Source of the DNA: a virus
DNA: 64,000 nt
Strand: one strand, 5' to 3'
Virus record (IMG/VR): IMGVR_UViG_3300012921_000081
Location: 1,206 to 65,205 of that record
A program made the translations under genes and the position numbers. The notes under the pieces are model-generated. The model had not been told where the DNA came from, made no database searches, and saw nothing but the letters and a program-made list of their open reading frames with translations. Position 1 is the first letter of the stretch. Every line of letters starts with the position of its first letter. Shown here one piece after another: positions 16,906-26,293 of the stretch.

Positions 16906-19900
16906 TCAACGCCGGCCAAGGACATCCCGCACAAGCCGCTCCAGCGTCGCTCTCGACTTGCCTTGGGTGAGCTCTTCTGCCATCCGCTCGGATGAAACAA
17001 TGACCGCCGCTTGGGACCCGCCTCCGCCCGTTGCCACGCGGCCTCCAGAGTTCAGGCCTTGATACCCGCCGCGAGGAGGCTTGGAGATCGTCATCGCCGG
17101 CAAGCCTCGGCCGCTGTAGATACCAGCGAGCGCAGCCAGAGCCTCCCGAGGAATCAGCATTCGGTTGATGGAATCGAGGATCACGTCGTCATAGTAGTTT
17201 GAGGCTTCACGACGCACCATGTATTCTTTGGGCGTGGCGGCAATAAGCACGCTGTCGACATCGGGCCCACTGCCCGGAATGCGACCGCCATCCGCAAAGC
17301 CAGGTACGCGGCCGCCCTTGTTCAGACCGGCGCGACCTGCATACGGCAACACGCTCGCGACTCCGCCGCCTCCACCTCCTGTTGCCGCTGCGGCGCCACC
17401 TCCGAATAGCCCGAGGCTGCCAAGGCCCGCAGCGACCGCCTGCAACACAGTGAACTGAATGACGAGGTCGGCGATTCGATTGACGAGACCGATGTAAAAC
17501 TCCTCGAAGGCCTCGCCCGCCGACGTTGTTCCGCTCTTGAGCGTGCTTAGAAACCCACTGATTGACGATGCGCCGGCGTTGGCCAAGTCGCCGCCCAGTT
17601 GCTTGGCGCGGTCATAGATCCTCGCCGCGTCATCGACGAAGTTCTGGAAACCAGCCTTGAGACCGCCAACAAAGTCGCCCTGATCAGGTTGGGTGAGCTG
17701 GCGGATTGAAGAGTTGATGCGCTTGAGTGCCTCCTCGATCTGCCGCGCAAACTCGGGCGACTCGTCCGCGAGTTGCTTCAGGCCGTCGCGGATGGCGATG
17801 AGTCGATCGCGAGCGGCCTTCGCCTCCTCGGAGTTTGCCTTCGCGACCTCTGTGCCTGTCAGCTGGCCCGCTTTCTGGAGGGCTTCACGCTCCGCAAGGT
17901 TGGACTGGTAGACACCCTCAATGCGTGACGCTTCCTCAGTTGCCGCGTTCAGCTTCTGCCGGACGAGCAGGCTCTGTGCTTCCAGGTCCTGCACCTGCTG
18001 AAGAGCGATGAGCGCCGTCGCCGAATTGGTCCCGAGGAGTTTGACCAGGTCAGCCCGCTCCTTCGCGAACTGGGCTTCTTGCTTGAGTTGCTCGGCACGG
18101 TCGGTGTTCTCGCGTCCTCCCAGGGCGGCGAGACGACGTGCCTCCAGGTCGATCGCGAGCTGCGTAAGTGCGGCGGCGGCCTTGGGCGCCTTGCTCACGA
18201 TGCCGTCAAACCATTCCTTGGTTTGCTCCGTCAATCGAGCGATGGTGAGGCCGAACGACGTAGCGGATTCACGGAGCTTCGAGAACAGATCCGTCTTGGA
18301 GACTACCGGCTCATCGACATTGACAACCGCAGCCAGATCCTTGCGGAGCTCGTTGACTCGCTTGTTTGCATCCGTGACCTTTGCCAACGCGGAATCGATT
18401 CGCCGGCCAGCCTCTTCCGATGTGTCATTGATCACCTTGTACGACGAAGCAAGTTGATCACTCAGTGCTTTCGCACGTGCTGAATCGTCGCGCTGGATGC
18501 GCCGCTGCAGATCGCCGGAGATGAGTTTGAATGCATTGATGCGTGCTTCGGTATCGCGGATCTCGCGGCGTTTGAAGGACACGTCAGCATCCAGGCTGCT
18601 GATCTGTCCACGAATGACATCAAGGTCATCTGCAGAGGAGTTCTGAAGGGCATCAACGAGGCCTGCTCGTGCCTCGGTTAGATTCTCGATCTCTCGCTTG
18701 AGTTGCTCGACGGCCGCCTCATCGACGGCGTTCTCCGCAAACTGACCGCGCGGAGTTCGTTCGATGGAGACACCGGGCAAGCGGTTCAATACCTGGCCGA
18801 TGCCGTCTCTCAACGCGTCGATCAACGGCGGTGAGATCAGAGCAATTCCCACCCGGAGGGTTTCGAGAATTCCCGCTCCGATGATGCGTCCAGATTCAAC
18901 AAGGATGGTCTTGCTCGCGGTAAGCGATTCATCGATTACCGACTGTGCGGCATTGCGTAGCTGCTCATTGCTTGGAAAGAACGATGAGATTTGCCGGTCC
19001 GCGCTATCCAGTGGTCGATCCAGCGGGCGCGGACGATCGAGCGCGTTTGTGAGTCTCTGCTCGTTGAAGCCCGCCAACGCCAACGTGTCAAACGCGTTAC
19101 TGACCGCAGACACCACGTCGCGAATCTTGGTCACCTTGCCCGTCGCGGCGTCGATCTGCTTGATCAGCGCCGGGCCAACAGCGGTGAGGGCTACCGCCTT
19201 CACCTTCTCCCAAGCGCGTCCGACCTTCAGTATCGCGTCGGTGAGATCGTCGCCGACCTTTGCTTCCACTTCGGTGAAAGCGAGATTCAGACGATCGATA
19301 TCAGCAAGTGTTTTGCTGATCTGGGCGGATCCAATGTCGAAGAGTGGGAGAAGTTCTTGCCCCTTGCTTCTGCCGAAGAGTGAGTCGAGCACGCGGAGTC
19401 GGTCGCCGGTGGACAGAGAAGCAATGCCGTCGGCGATCTGAGGAAGAAGGTCCGTGACGTCTTTCGTCGCCCGAGCTCGCTCAGGATCAATCCCTAGTTC
19501 TCGAAGCGCCCGACTCGCTTCCTTTCCTTGGGCAGAACTGAGCGATGAGAGCCGCTTCTGAAGCGTACCAATTGAACGGAACAATGGGTCCGTGTCAACA
19601 TTCTGGAGTTCCCCGAGGATCTGAAGCGATGACAACGACTTCACGGTCGCGCCGGTACGAACAGATGAGGCGTTGATCTCGTCGAGGGCTTTCGCAGTGG
19701 AGTAGAGCCCGCCGATCAGCCGCGTTGCTCCCAGGGCGCTGGCCACCGTTCCGATTACAGCGCCGACGCCGCTGAGCTTGAATGCAGTTGAGACGAGCGA
19801 TGAACCGGTGTTCACCGCTCGCCTGGCAACGGTATCAAAGACCGTCGAAAGCTTTGATGCCTTCTTGCCGGTCTTATCAGATTCGTCACCGACCTTCTTG

Positions 19901-20115
19901 CTGCTATCGGCGACGCTTCCGAACGCGCGCTTGACGCGCTCGGACTCCTCAGTCTGTTGCTTCATCGCTGCGGAGATCTTCTTCCCCGCCTGCGCTGTCT
20001 TGTCGGACTCGTCGCTGATGCGCTCAATTGCGACTGCGACATCTTCGGCCGGCCTGCTGAACAAGTCCTTCAGCAGGGCGACGACTTCAACTTGCACCTT
20101 CGACGTGTCGCCCAT
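16906..20115 (-). CDS. Tail tape measure protein
   Basis: 1069 aa, helical and Ala-rich; C-terminal GLNKGGRVPGFADGGRIPGSGPD..ATPKEYMV; follows the tail chaperones. Confidence 0.9.
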   Translation of the reverse strand: MGDTSKVQVEVVALLKDLFSRPAEDVAVAIERISDESDKTAQAGKKISAAMKQQTEESERVKRAFGSVADSSKKVGDESDKTGKKASKLSTVFDTVARRAVNTGSSLVSTAFKLSGVGAVIGTVASALGATRLIGGLYSTAKALDEINASSVRTGATVKSLSSLQILGELQNVDTDPLFRSIGTLQKRLSSLSSAQGKEASRALRELGIDPERARATKDVTDLLPQIADGIASLSTGDRLRVLDSLFGRSKGQELLPLFDIGSAQISKTLADIDRLNLAFTEVEAKVGDDLTDAILKVGRAWEKVKAVALTAVGPALIKQIDAATGKVTKIRDVVSAVSNAFDTLALAGFNEQRLTNALDRPRPLDRPLDSADRQISSFFPSNEQLRNAAQSVIDESLTASKTILVESGRIIGAGILETLRVGIALISPPLIDALRDGIGQVLNRLPGVSIERTPRGQFAENAVDEAAVEQLKREIENLTEARAGLVDALQNSSADDLDVIRGQISSLDADVSFKRREIRDTEARINAFKLISGDLQRRIQRDDSARAKALSDQLASSYKVINDTSEEAGRRIDSALAKVTDANKRVNELRKDLAAVVNVDEPVVSKTDLFSKLRESATSFGLTIARLTEQTKEWFDGIVSKAPKAAAALTQLAIDLEARRLAALGGRENTDRAEQLKQEAQFAKERADLVKLLGTNSATALIALQQVQDLEAQSLLVRQKLNAATEEASRIEGVYQSNLAEREALQKAGQLTGTEVAKANSEEAKAARDRLIAIRDGLKQLADESPEFARQIEEALKRINSSIRQLTQPDQGDFVGGLKAGFQNFVDDAARIYDRAKQLGGDLANAGASSISGFLSTLKSGTTSAGEAFEEFYIGLVNRIADLVIQFTVLQAVAAGLGSLGLFGGGAAAATGGGGGGVASVLPYAGRAGLNKGGRVPGFADGGRIPGSGPDVDSVLIAATPKEYMVRREASNYYDDVILDSINRMLIPREALAALAGIYSGRGLPAMTISKPPRGGYQGLNSGGRVATGGGGSQAAVIVSSERMAEELTQGKSRATLERLVRDVLGRR

Positions 20116-20512
20116 CGCTCATCTCCTCAGACGCCATCAGCTTCGTTTGACCTTCCCTGAACTTGGCCGCCGCGTCCTTTCCGCCAAGCGCCGAGGCAGT
20201 ACCCAGCGTGATCTGCTGGGCGATGATGCCGATCAGCTTCCGTTCTCGGGTGGCTCGTTCTCGCTCGAAGTCGACGGCTCGTTCGACGTAGAACCAGAGC
20301 TGGGGAACGGTCCATCGCTCGAAGATGTCCCGGGCGTTGTGCCCGTGGCGGACGAGAAGATCGATTGCATTGCCGAGATCGAACTCTTGTTGGACATCAG
20401 CGCCGCGAACGTTGTCTTCGCCGCGGCGATCCAAGGGCGGATGCGCTTCTCCGATCCAAAGGACTCGAGCAACCATGCTTCGGCGACTTGCGCGAGTACT
20501 TCGCATGGGCAA
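20087..20512 (-). CDS. Tail assembly chaperone, downstream (gpT-like) frame
   Basis: In the -1 frame overlapping the upstream chaperone. Coding-like from about DVQQEFDLGNAIDLL to the stop. True start or shift site unknown. Confidence 0.6.
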   Translation of the reverse strand: MPMRSTRASRRSMVARVLWIGEAHPPLDRRGEDNVRGADVQQEFDLGNAIDLLVRHGHNARDIFERWTVPQLWFYVERAVDFERERATRERKLIGIIAQQITLGTASALGGKDAAAKFREGQTKLMASEEMSDGRHVEGAS

Positions 20513-20904
20513 TGCTCATCCATGAGGTCGATGCCAGAGACAGAGCCAGCGATCAGGTTCACGGCCTCGTCAACGAGCACCGGCAACAAAGACGGAGCAG
20601 TCTCAAGCAGGAGGCCAGTGATCCATTTGTCAGACGGACGCTCAATGGCCTGTCCACCCGGTTCATCCGAGGGAACCACCTGCCATTCGATGGGATGGGT
20701 CTGCCAGTATGCACGGCCGGCACGAATCAACTCCCCGATGAGCGCCGAGATTGCTCCCTGAAAGTCGCGCATTTGGCGCACTGAGAGAGGACGGACAATC
20801 ACATCAATCGCCGGCACTCCCTCCACGTCGGAGACGATCGTGACCTTCCGGCCGGGAAACATGATCGACAGAGGGCTGGCGTTTTTGAGAGGGGACGTGG
20901 ACAC
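20233..20904 (-). CDS. Tail assembly chaperone (gpG-like)
   Basis: Between tail tube and TMP; VIVRPLSVRQMRDF motif; Ser-rich tail typical of an overlapping frame. Confidence 0.7.
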   Translation of the reverse strand: MSTSPLKNASPLSIMFPGRKVTIVSDVEGVPAIDVIVRPLSVRQMRDFQGAISALIGELIRAGRAYWQTHPIEWQVVPSDEPGGQAIERPSDKWITGLLLETAPSLLPVLVDEAVNLIAGSVSGIDLMDEHCPCEVLAQVAEAWLLESFGSEKRIRPWIAAAKTTFAALMSNKSSISAMQSIFSSATGTTPGTSSSDGPFPSSGSTSNEPSTSSENEPPENGS

Positions 20905-20994
20905 GGGGATCCGCCTTTGCAAAGCGGCCGGGGACCGCGACTGGCCCCCGGCCTGGGTTGATGGGTGTGAATGTGGACCGAAGCCAGCGCGGGC

Positions 20995-21816
20995 TTATGC
21001 CGCAGGACCAGTCGGCAACGCGCCCTTGATCTTGAGGAGTCGGCCAGCGGGCTGCTGAGTCTGCGTGATGTCGGACACAACCGCCGCCTTGAACTCGATC
21101 GACGAGTACTGGTCGACGGTGATTGAGCCAGCACCGGGCGTCAGAATGACGTTGGCCTCGCGAACAACCTGGTGCTGGTTGTTGTTGATGCCCCAGACAA
21201 GCATCATCTTGCCCTTGATCGACGCGCCGCCGGTCTGAGGAAGCACGAGTCGCTTACCGCTGAGAGCGTTGGGCGTGATGTCGATCTTTAGAACGGCTCC
21301 ATGCGCGATGACGCTTCCGCTCAGGATCTGGATCAGGCCGCGGTCCTTTGACACCCACTTGTAGTCGGTGTTCTCGACATAGGTGGTAACGCCGTCGTTG
21401 GACTTGACAACGATGTCGGCGATGTTGAAGAGCCAGGTCTTTGCCGGGGCAGGACCGTGCAGCTTGATCATTTGCCCCGCGCCCTTCACGGCGATATGGG
21501 GGACGGCCAAGATCACGTCCGTGGCCTGGGTGAACTCCTGCGGAGTGGCCGCGAGATAGAACAGAGCGAGGTTGTCCAGCGTGAAGTTGCGACAACGAAT
21601 CGTCAAGGTCTCATTTTGCTTGATAAGGGCCTTGTCGGCGGTTGTCTTGATTCCGCCGTCGGAGTCTTCGAGCTCAATCTCCTCCGGACTTGTTTCGGGG
21701 CTCACCGGCTCGATGTTGCCCAAGTCGTACAAGGTGTCGTACACGTCGCCTTCGCGCTGCAGATACGCGCGCGAGCCGGCGACCCAGAATTCCTGTTGAC
21801 CAACTACGCCCGGCAT
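20995..21816 (-). CDS. Major tail tube protein
   Basis: LYDLGNIEPVS...EEIELEDSDGG...LTIRCRNFTLDNLALF; canonical position. Confidence 0.8.
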   Translation of the reverse strand: MPGVVGQQEFWVAGSRAYLQREGDVYDTLYDLGNIEPVSPETSPEEIELEDSDGGIKTTADKALIKQNETLTIRCRNFTLDNLALFYLAATPQEFTQATDVILAVPHIAVKGAGQMIKLHGPAPAKTWLFNIADIVVKSNDGVTTYVENTDYKWVSKDRGLIQILSGSVIAHGAVLKIDITPNALSGKRLVLPQTGGASIKGKMMLVWGINNNQHQVVREANVILTPGAGSITVDQYSSIEFKAAVVSDITQTQQPAGRLLKIKGALPTGPAA

Positions 21817-21866
21817 GGCATGGCTCCCTTGGCGTTCCCCCGCCTCGGAAGTTCAGTCCATCGATC

Positions 21867-22343
21867 TCAATACTCTACGGTGAAGGAGATCTCAATCCCC
21901 TGAATCGAATAGGACGCGTCGGCAAACTCGCGGGCCCGCGTGGCCAGGTCACCCGTGGTGATGAGCCTTGCGATGATCGGATCGCCCTGCTCATTCTGCT
22001 GCTGGAGCAGGAGGTCCAGGAACGCCTCGGCATCTTGGGTGAGCTGATCCAGGACATGCTCGTCCATTCCCTCGACCAGATCCTCCCGACGCGCATCGCT
22101 TTCGATCGCCAGCTTCGTGGCCAGCGCCAGTGAGAACGTCGCCTTGTAGAAGGGTTCGGACCCGGCGCGGACCAGCGGGAAGTCTGTGACGTTGAGGGCC
22201 GCGATGAACGGCCGATACCGCCAGTCATGCCCAGTCAGCGGGATCACGCCCCGCACGATCCGGTACCGATCGGTCCCAAGCGATCGAATGACGTTCGCCA
22301 TCGCCTTGAGTGCCGTCAACCTCGCCCTGTATGCCTCAGCCAT
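21867..22343 (-). CDS. Tail terminator/completion protein (putative)
   Basis: Position before the tail tube; C-terminal IQGIEISFTVEY. Confidence 0.6.
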   Translation of the reverse strand: MAEAYRARLTALKAMANVIRSLGTDRYRIVRGVIPLTGHDWRYRPFIAALNVTDFPLVRAGSEPFYKATFSLALATKLAIESDARREDLVEGMDEHVLDQLTQDAEAFLDLLLQQQNEQGDPIIARLITTGDLATRAREFADASYSIQGIEISFTVEY

Positions 22344-23064
22344 CGAATGACTCCTTGACCAGCGCGGCGAGGTCCTCCGCCAGGCCGCGCGAGATCAATG
22401 CACGATTCCGTTGCAGCCCGTCGCGGAGGAAGAAGTTGGGCTTGATGTCGACTTTCTTAAGCAGCAGATATTGCGGCTTGCGCTTGAGGAGCTCGTCGTC
22501 GAGATCTCCGGGTGCCAGGAACGCCGCGTCATAGTCCTTCTTGGCGTACAGCCATTCGGCACCGGTGATGGACTTCGACCCGATGACACGCTTCTGCACC
22601 AGGGCGACGTACCTCAAGCCTCCTGGGTAGTCGCGGGCCGAGTCATACCTCGGCACACCGGCAGGCGTGAGGACGTTGCCTGCACTGGTCGGGATCGTGA
22701 GTCGCTTGCCCTTGCGCGGCACGATGGTGTCGAAGGGACTGTCCGGGTTGTACTTCTTGGTGCCGAGTTCCTGCACCGGGCCGTACCGAAGCGCCGGGCC
22801 CTTGTAAATGCCAATGGCAAGTCCGGGGATCTGCCCGACGTAGATGGCGCGACCAGTCACCGCCCTGGCGAGATCGCCGCTGCGGATCCGCGGGCTGCCT
22901 CCCTGCATCCCCTTGGAGACGTTACCGGCGATCTCGAGTGAGGTGACCGCGAACGAATCGTGGACGACGCCGTAAAGCGCCTTCTTGTCGCCGATCTTCT
23001 TGGCGGCGCTGGTGAGTCTGCGCTTGGCATCCTGAGTCAGTTGGATGTCAACGGGCTCAGCCAC
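22336..23064 (-). CDS. Neck/virion morphogenesis protein (HK97 gp10-like, putative)
   Basis: RSGDLARAV, YGPVQELG and KPNFFLRDGL motifs; position. Confidence 0.6.
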   Translation of the reverse strand: MAEPVDIQLTQDAKRRLTSAAKKIGDKKALYGVVHDSFAVTSLEIAGNVSKGMQGGSPRIRSGDLARAVTGRAIYVGQIPGLAIGIYKGPALRYGPVQELGTKKYNPDSPFDTIVPRKGKRLTIPTSAGNVLTPAGVPRYDSARDYPGGLRYVALVQKRVIGSKSITGAEWLYAKKDYDAAFLAPGDLDDELLKRKPQYLLLKKVDIKPNFFLRDGLQRNRALISRGLAEDLAALVKESFDG

Positions 23065-23065
23065 C

Positions 23066-23629
23066 TCACACCACCAGTCGCATGCGGGAGCGGGCGGTGG
23101 CCTTGAACAGTTCGCAGTAGTCCGCGGCGGCCATCACGGTCGTTGCGTCGGGCCCAACGGACTTAGATGTGACGGCCACGTTGTCCGCCGAGTTGCGCTG
23201 GAACCAGTGCATGACTTGGGTGATCAAAGCCTCGCGAACATCCGGCGGGCATGTCAGGTTGGTATAGCCACCCGTCATCGTGGCCTTGATACACCCGCTC
23301 CACTTCGCCCCGACCAGGCGGATGGCGCCGACGTCGAGCTCGGCATCCAAGTCTTCGGCGGCGACGGTCTCGGCATCAGCCTCGCGCTGGGACCTGTTCC
23401 AGACCTTCACGCTTATGGTCTCAAGCGGATAAAGCTCCAGCCAGAGCGTCTCGCGCGGATCGATGAAAGGGATGGTCCACCGTTGCGTGTGCCCCGTGCG
23501 GTGGTTCCACAGTCGCCCAGTGGCGGATTCCCAAGCACTGATCGCGGACGTGCACAATGGCGAGATCGTGGCAACCTCGACCTCCGCCGATGTGCGCATG
23601 CGGGAACGGATGTCTTCGACGCTGATCAT
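23066..23629 (-). CDS. Head-tail connector (gp6/gp15-like)
   Basis: MISVEDIRSRM...AISAWESATGR...MTGGY...PPDVREALITQVMHWF. Confidence 0.75.
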   Translation of the reverse strand: MISVEDIRSRMRTSAEVEVATISPLCTSAISAWESATGRLWNHRTGHTQRWTIPFIDPRETLWLELYPLETISVKVWNRSQREADAETVAAEDLDAELDVGAIRLVGAKWSGCIKATMTGGYTNLTCPPDVREALITQVMHWFQRNSADNVAVTSKSVGPDATTVMAAADYCELFKATARSRMRLVV

Positions 23630-23970
23630 GAGGACGCTCCGGGAGCGCCGACGCCGACGCGCAATGGCACCGGCCGGCGGAGACGGTGCACGCGGGTTGC
23701 GATCGTCAGTTCGACATAGAGCCAGTACTCGCCGGGAGGGAGGGCATTTGCCTGCTCCTGCGTGAGCTGGTACCGGACGGAGCTACCGCTGATCGTCCCG
23801 TTGACGTCAAGCAGCGTGGTTGCCCCTGCCATGGCACCGGTCGCGATCCTGAGCCGCGGAGCAGTCGCGCCCGTGAGATCCTCGTCCTTGCCCTGATCAT
23901 CGGTCAGACACACCTCGATGAGGTCTGCCGACCCGGACGTGAGCTGCAGGATGAGCGGGGCATCGTTCAT
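23626..23970 (-). CDS. BppU-N-like beta-sandwich structural protein (putative)
   Basis: DLTGATA...VRYQLT..Q...LPPGEYWLYVELT pattern. Confidence 0.5.
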   Translation of the reverse strand: MNDAPLILQLTSGSADLIEVCLTDDQGKDEDLTGATAPRLRIATGAMAGATTLLDVNGTISGSSVRYQLTQEQANALPPGEYWLYVELTIATRVHRLRRPVPLRVGVGAPGASS

Positions 23971-24107
23971 TGGGTTCGCGGGGAGAGCACCGCTTGCACG
24001 CGGCGCACGAGGGCGAGTTCAGCACGCACGCGGTTGGCGGCCGACGATGCCGGCGATCGTGGCGGAGTTGGCGGCGGAGGCTGACGCGGATCCTGGTCAA
24101 CAGACAT
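23967..24107 (-). CDS. Small 46-aa protein (below ORF-track cutoff)
   Basis: Manual: GGAGG RBS, MSVDQDPRQPPPPTPPRSPASSAANRVRAELALVRRVQAVLSPRTQ*, ATGA overlap with the next gene. Confidence 0.55.
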   Translation of the reverse strand: MSVDQDPRQPPPPTPPRSPASSAANRVRAELALVRRVQAVLSPRTQ

Positions 24108-24196
24108 AGGACCCTCCGATCACTGCGAGGGCCGGAGGCGCCGCCCGCCCCTCAGTGGGCAAGCACCTCCGGCCCGTACCGCAGCGCACGACGCGA

Positions 24197-24712
24197 TTAG
24201 GTGTCGGGGTTGCCGAGGGTGTACCGCTGCTTGTTGAACAGGTCCTCGACCACCGCGGTGCCGACGGGGCGCGTGTACGGATGGCCGATGACGTAGCCGA
24301 TGCCAATGACGACGTTCTGAGCCACGCCGTTGATGGCGACAATGCGGAGCGCGTCGTAGTCGTAGTCCGCGCGGCCGTCGGGCTTCTTCACCGTCTGGAT
24401 GCGGTTGAGGTCCAGTTCACCGACCCAGAATCCCGTCGTGCCGAGCTGGCCGGTGGGAGTCTGCGCCGTCGAGACCACGTCGTTGCCGCCGGGATCCTTG
24501 AGGCGATCCCAGGTGCTGGTGCCAGCGCGGCGGAGTTCGATCTTGAACGTGATCGAATCGTTGGTGGCGAAGGCGCCAGCGGTCGCGATGAACAGCAGGC
24601 TGTGTCCAATCGACCACGGATTGACGATGGCCGCGCCGTTGACCTGTGCGTTACCAACATTCTGCGGAACGAGTGCCACGCCCGCGTTCAACTGCTCAAA
24701 GAGCCTGATCAT
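24197..24712 (-). CDS. Capsid-associated/decoration protein (putative)
   Basis: Directly after the MCP; beta-rich; AGGAG-like RBS before MIRLFEQL. Confidence 0.55.
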   Translation of the reverse strand: MIRLFEQLNAGVALVPQNVGNAQVNGAAIVNPWSIGHSLLFIATAGAFATNDSITFKIELRRAGTSTWDRLKDPGGNDVVSTAQTPTGQLGTTGFWVGELDLNRIQTVKKPDGRADYDYDALRIVAINGVAQNVVIGIGYVIGHPYTRPVGTAVVEDLFNKQRYTLGNPDT

Positions 24713-24834
24713 TGCTGTTGCTCCCGATCGTTGTGGGCGTCGATTTGACGGGACGCCGTGCCGTCTGAATGCCCCGTTCCTGCTCGCGCAGGACACGGGA
24801 CGAGGTGGGGGAACTCCGACAACTGCCGAGCCGC

Positions 24835-26211
24835 TTACTTCCGCATGCGGGCGTCGGGGCAGTGAATGATCGATTCAGGGCGGCGGTACATGAGGTCCGC
24901 GTAGAGGTTGAGCTTCATGTAGATCTTGCCGCTGGCAAAGCCCTTGCCATTTCCGCCGTCGTCCTTGATGGTGAGGCCAGCGCCGCGCACCAGGATGACG
25001 TCGTCCCAGTTGCCGAACAGCACGTCGCCGAACTTGTTCGACGAACCCGCGGCCGGTGTCCAGCCAGCGGATTGGCCGGGAGTTTGGCCGCTCTTGAGCT
25101 TGTTGTTCTTGCTGAACGGACCGATGATCTCGGCGAGGCGCGAATCGGGAATGCGCGGGAAGCCGACCAGGTAGTCCTGCTGGCCGGTCTGTCCGTTGTA
25201 GGACGACACCTTCTGCTGCTTGAGCCGGCGGAAATAGCGACCCGCCGCGTGGATGCGGGCGTTGGGCGAGATTCGCTGCACGGTGTCTTCGACCGCGCCC
25301 ATCATCTCGTCGATGCCGTCGTAGTCCAGTTCGCCGCCAACGTTGTTGGCCTGCTGCGGCGCACCGACCTGCACCTGGCCCGTGGCAGCGCTGAACCGCT
25401 GGATCTTCGGATTGTTGATGATGCCAAGCGGCATGTTGCTCGAGCCGGTGCCGTAGGCGCACGTCCAGTCCAGCTTCTCCGCGGCCGACAGGATCATGTC
25501 TTGGCGGAGTGCCTGCTCGAACCCGTTGGCACCGTAGAGCCGCATGCGCTCGGTGATCGCGGTGAGGACCGAGAGCTCCTTGAGCTTGTAGTCCACATCG
25601 CCACCGGTCATGAACGACTCAGCGGCCGCGTCTTCCTCGCCCACCCAGTATGCAACGCAGCCGCGCTCGGCCTTGTGCATCTTGCCCGATTCTGCGGTGA
25701 CGCCCTCGATGAGGCGCAGGCTGGTCGAGCCGTCGGCGGCGTTGCCGGTGAGGTTGACGAACGACGACGCGATATAGATCGCGAGGATGACCTCGGGCAT
25801 GACCAGGTCGGGGAGGAAGAATCCGCCGCGCGAACCGATGTCTACCACCTGCGAGGCCTTCTCGACCATCGCCTTGATGACGGACTCCTCGTGCTTGGCC
25901 TGCTCCCAGTTCTTCTCGCGGATCGCGATCATGGTGCGGATGAGGGAGAACTTGGGCAACTCGTCCTCGATGCCCGGCACATAGAAGGGGCTGTTCACGG
26001 TCAGACGCTGAGTCTGCTTGGTGAACCACGCCTTCATGCGCTCGAACTCTTCGAGCGTCTTCTTGATGTCAAGATTCTCAAGCCCCTTGTACTGTTCCTT
26101 CAGGGCCTTGAGTTGAGCCGCGATCCCGTTCTCGCCCTGCAGCTCCTTCGTGAGATTCTCAATGTTCGTCAGCAGTTTGACTGCAACAGCCTCTTCGCCC
26201 GGCATCGCCAT
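24835..26211 (-). CDS. Major capsid protein (HK97 fold) with N-terminal coiled-coil delta domain
   Basis: GGFFLPD, AYWVGEE, KLKELSVLTAITE, LDWTCAYGTG...PLGIIN, VLFGNWDD; AAGGAG RBS. Confidence 0.92.
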   Translation of the reverse strand: MAMPGEEAVAVKLLTNIENLTKELQGENGIAAQLKALKEQYKGLENLDIKKTLEEFERMKAWFTKQTQRLTVNSPFYVPGIEDELPKFSLIRTMIAIREKNWEQAKHEESVIKAMVEKASQVVDIGSRGGFFLPDLVMPEVILAIYIASSFVNLTGNAADGSTSLRLIEGVTAESGKMHKAERGCVAYWVGEEDAAAESFMTGGDVDYKLKELSVLTAITERMRLYGANGFEQALRQDMILSAAEKLDWTCAYGTGSSNMPLGIINNPKIQRFSAATGQVQVGAPQQANNVGGELDYDGIDEMMGAVEDTVQRISPNARIHAAGRYFRRLKQQKVSSYNGQTGQQDYLVGFPRIPDSRLAEIIGPFSKNNKLKSGQTPGQSAGWTPAAGSSNKFGDVLFGNWDDVILVRGAGLTIKDDGGNGKGFASGKIYMKLNLYADLMYRRPESIIHCPDARMRK

Positions 26212-26293
26212 GCTCCTTGGTGTTGTTCCCCGCACCTCGGAGCCAGATCACCCTACACAAGCGCTCCCGGAATCCCCCGGGGCAGCGCGACTT

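Noticed and set aside
23897-24100. 67-aa ORF from the track
   Set aside because: An alternative frame (23967..24107) has a clear RBS and ATGA coupling and is preferred.
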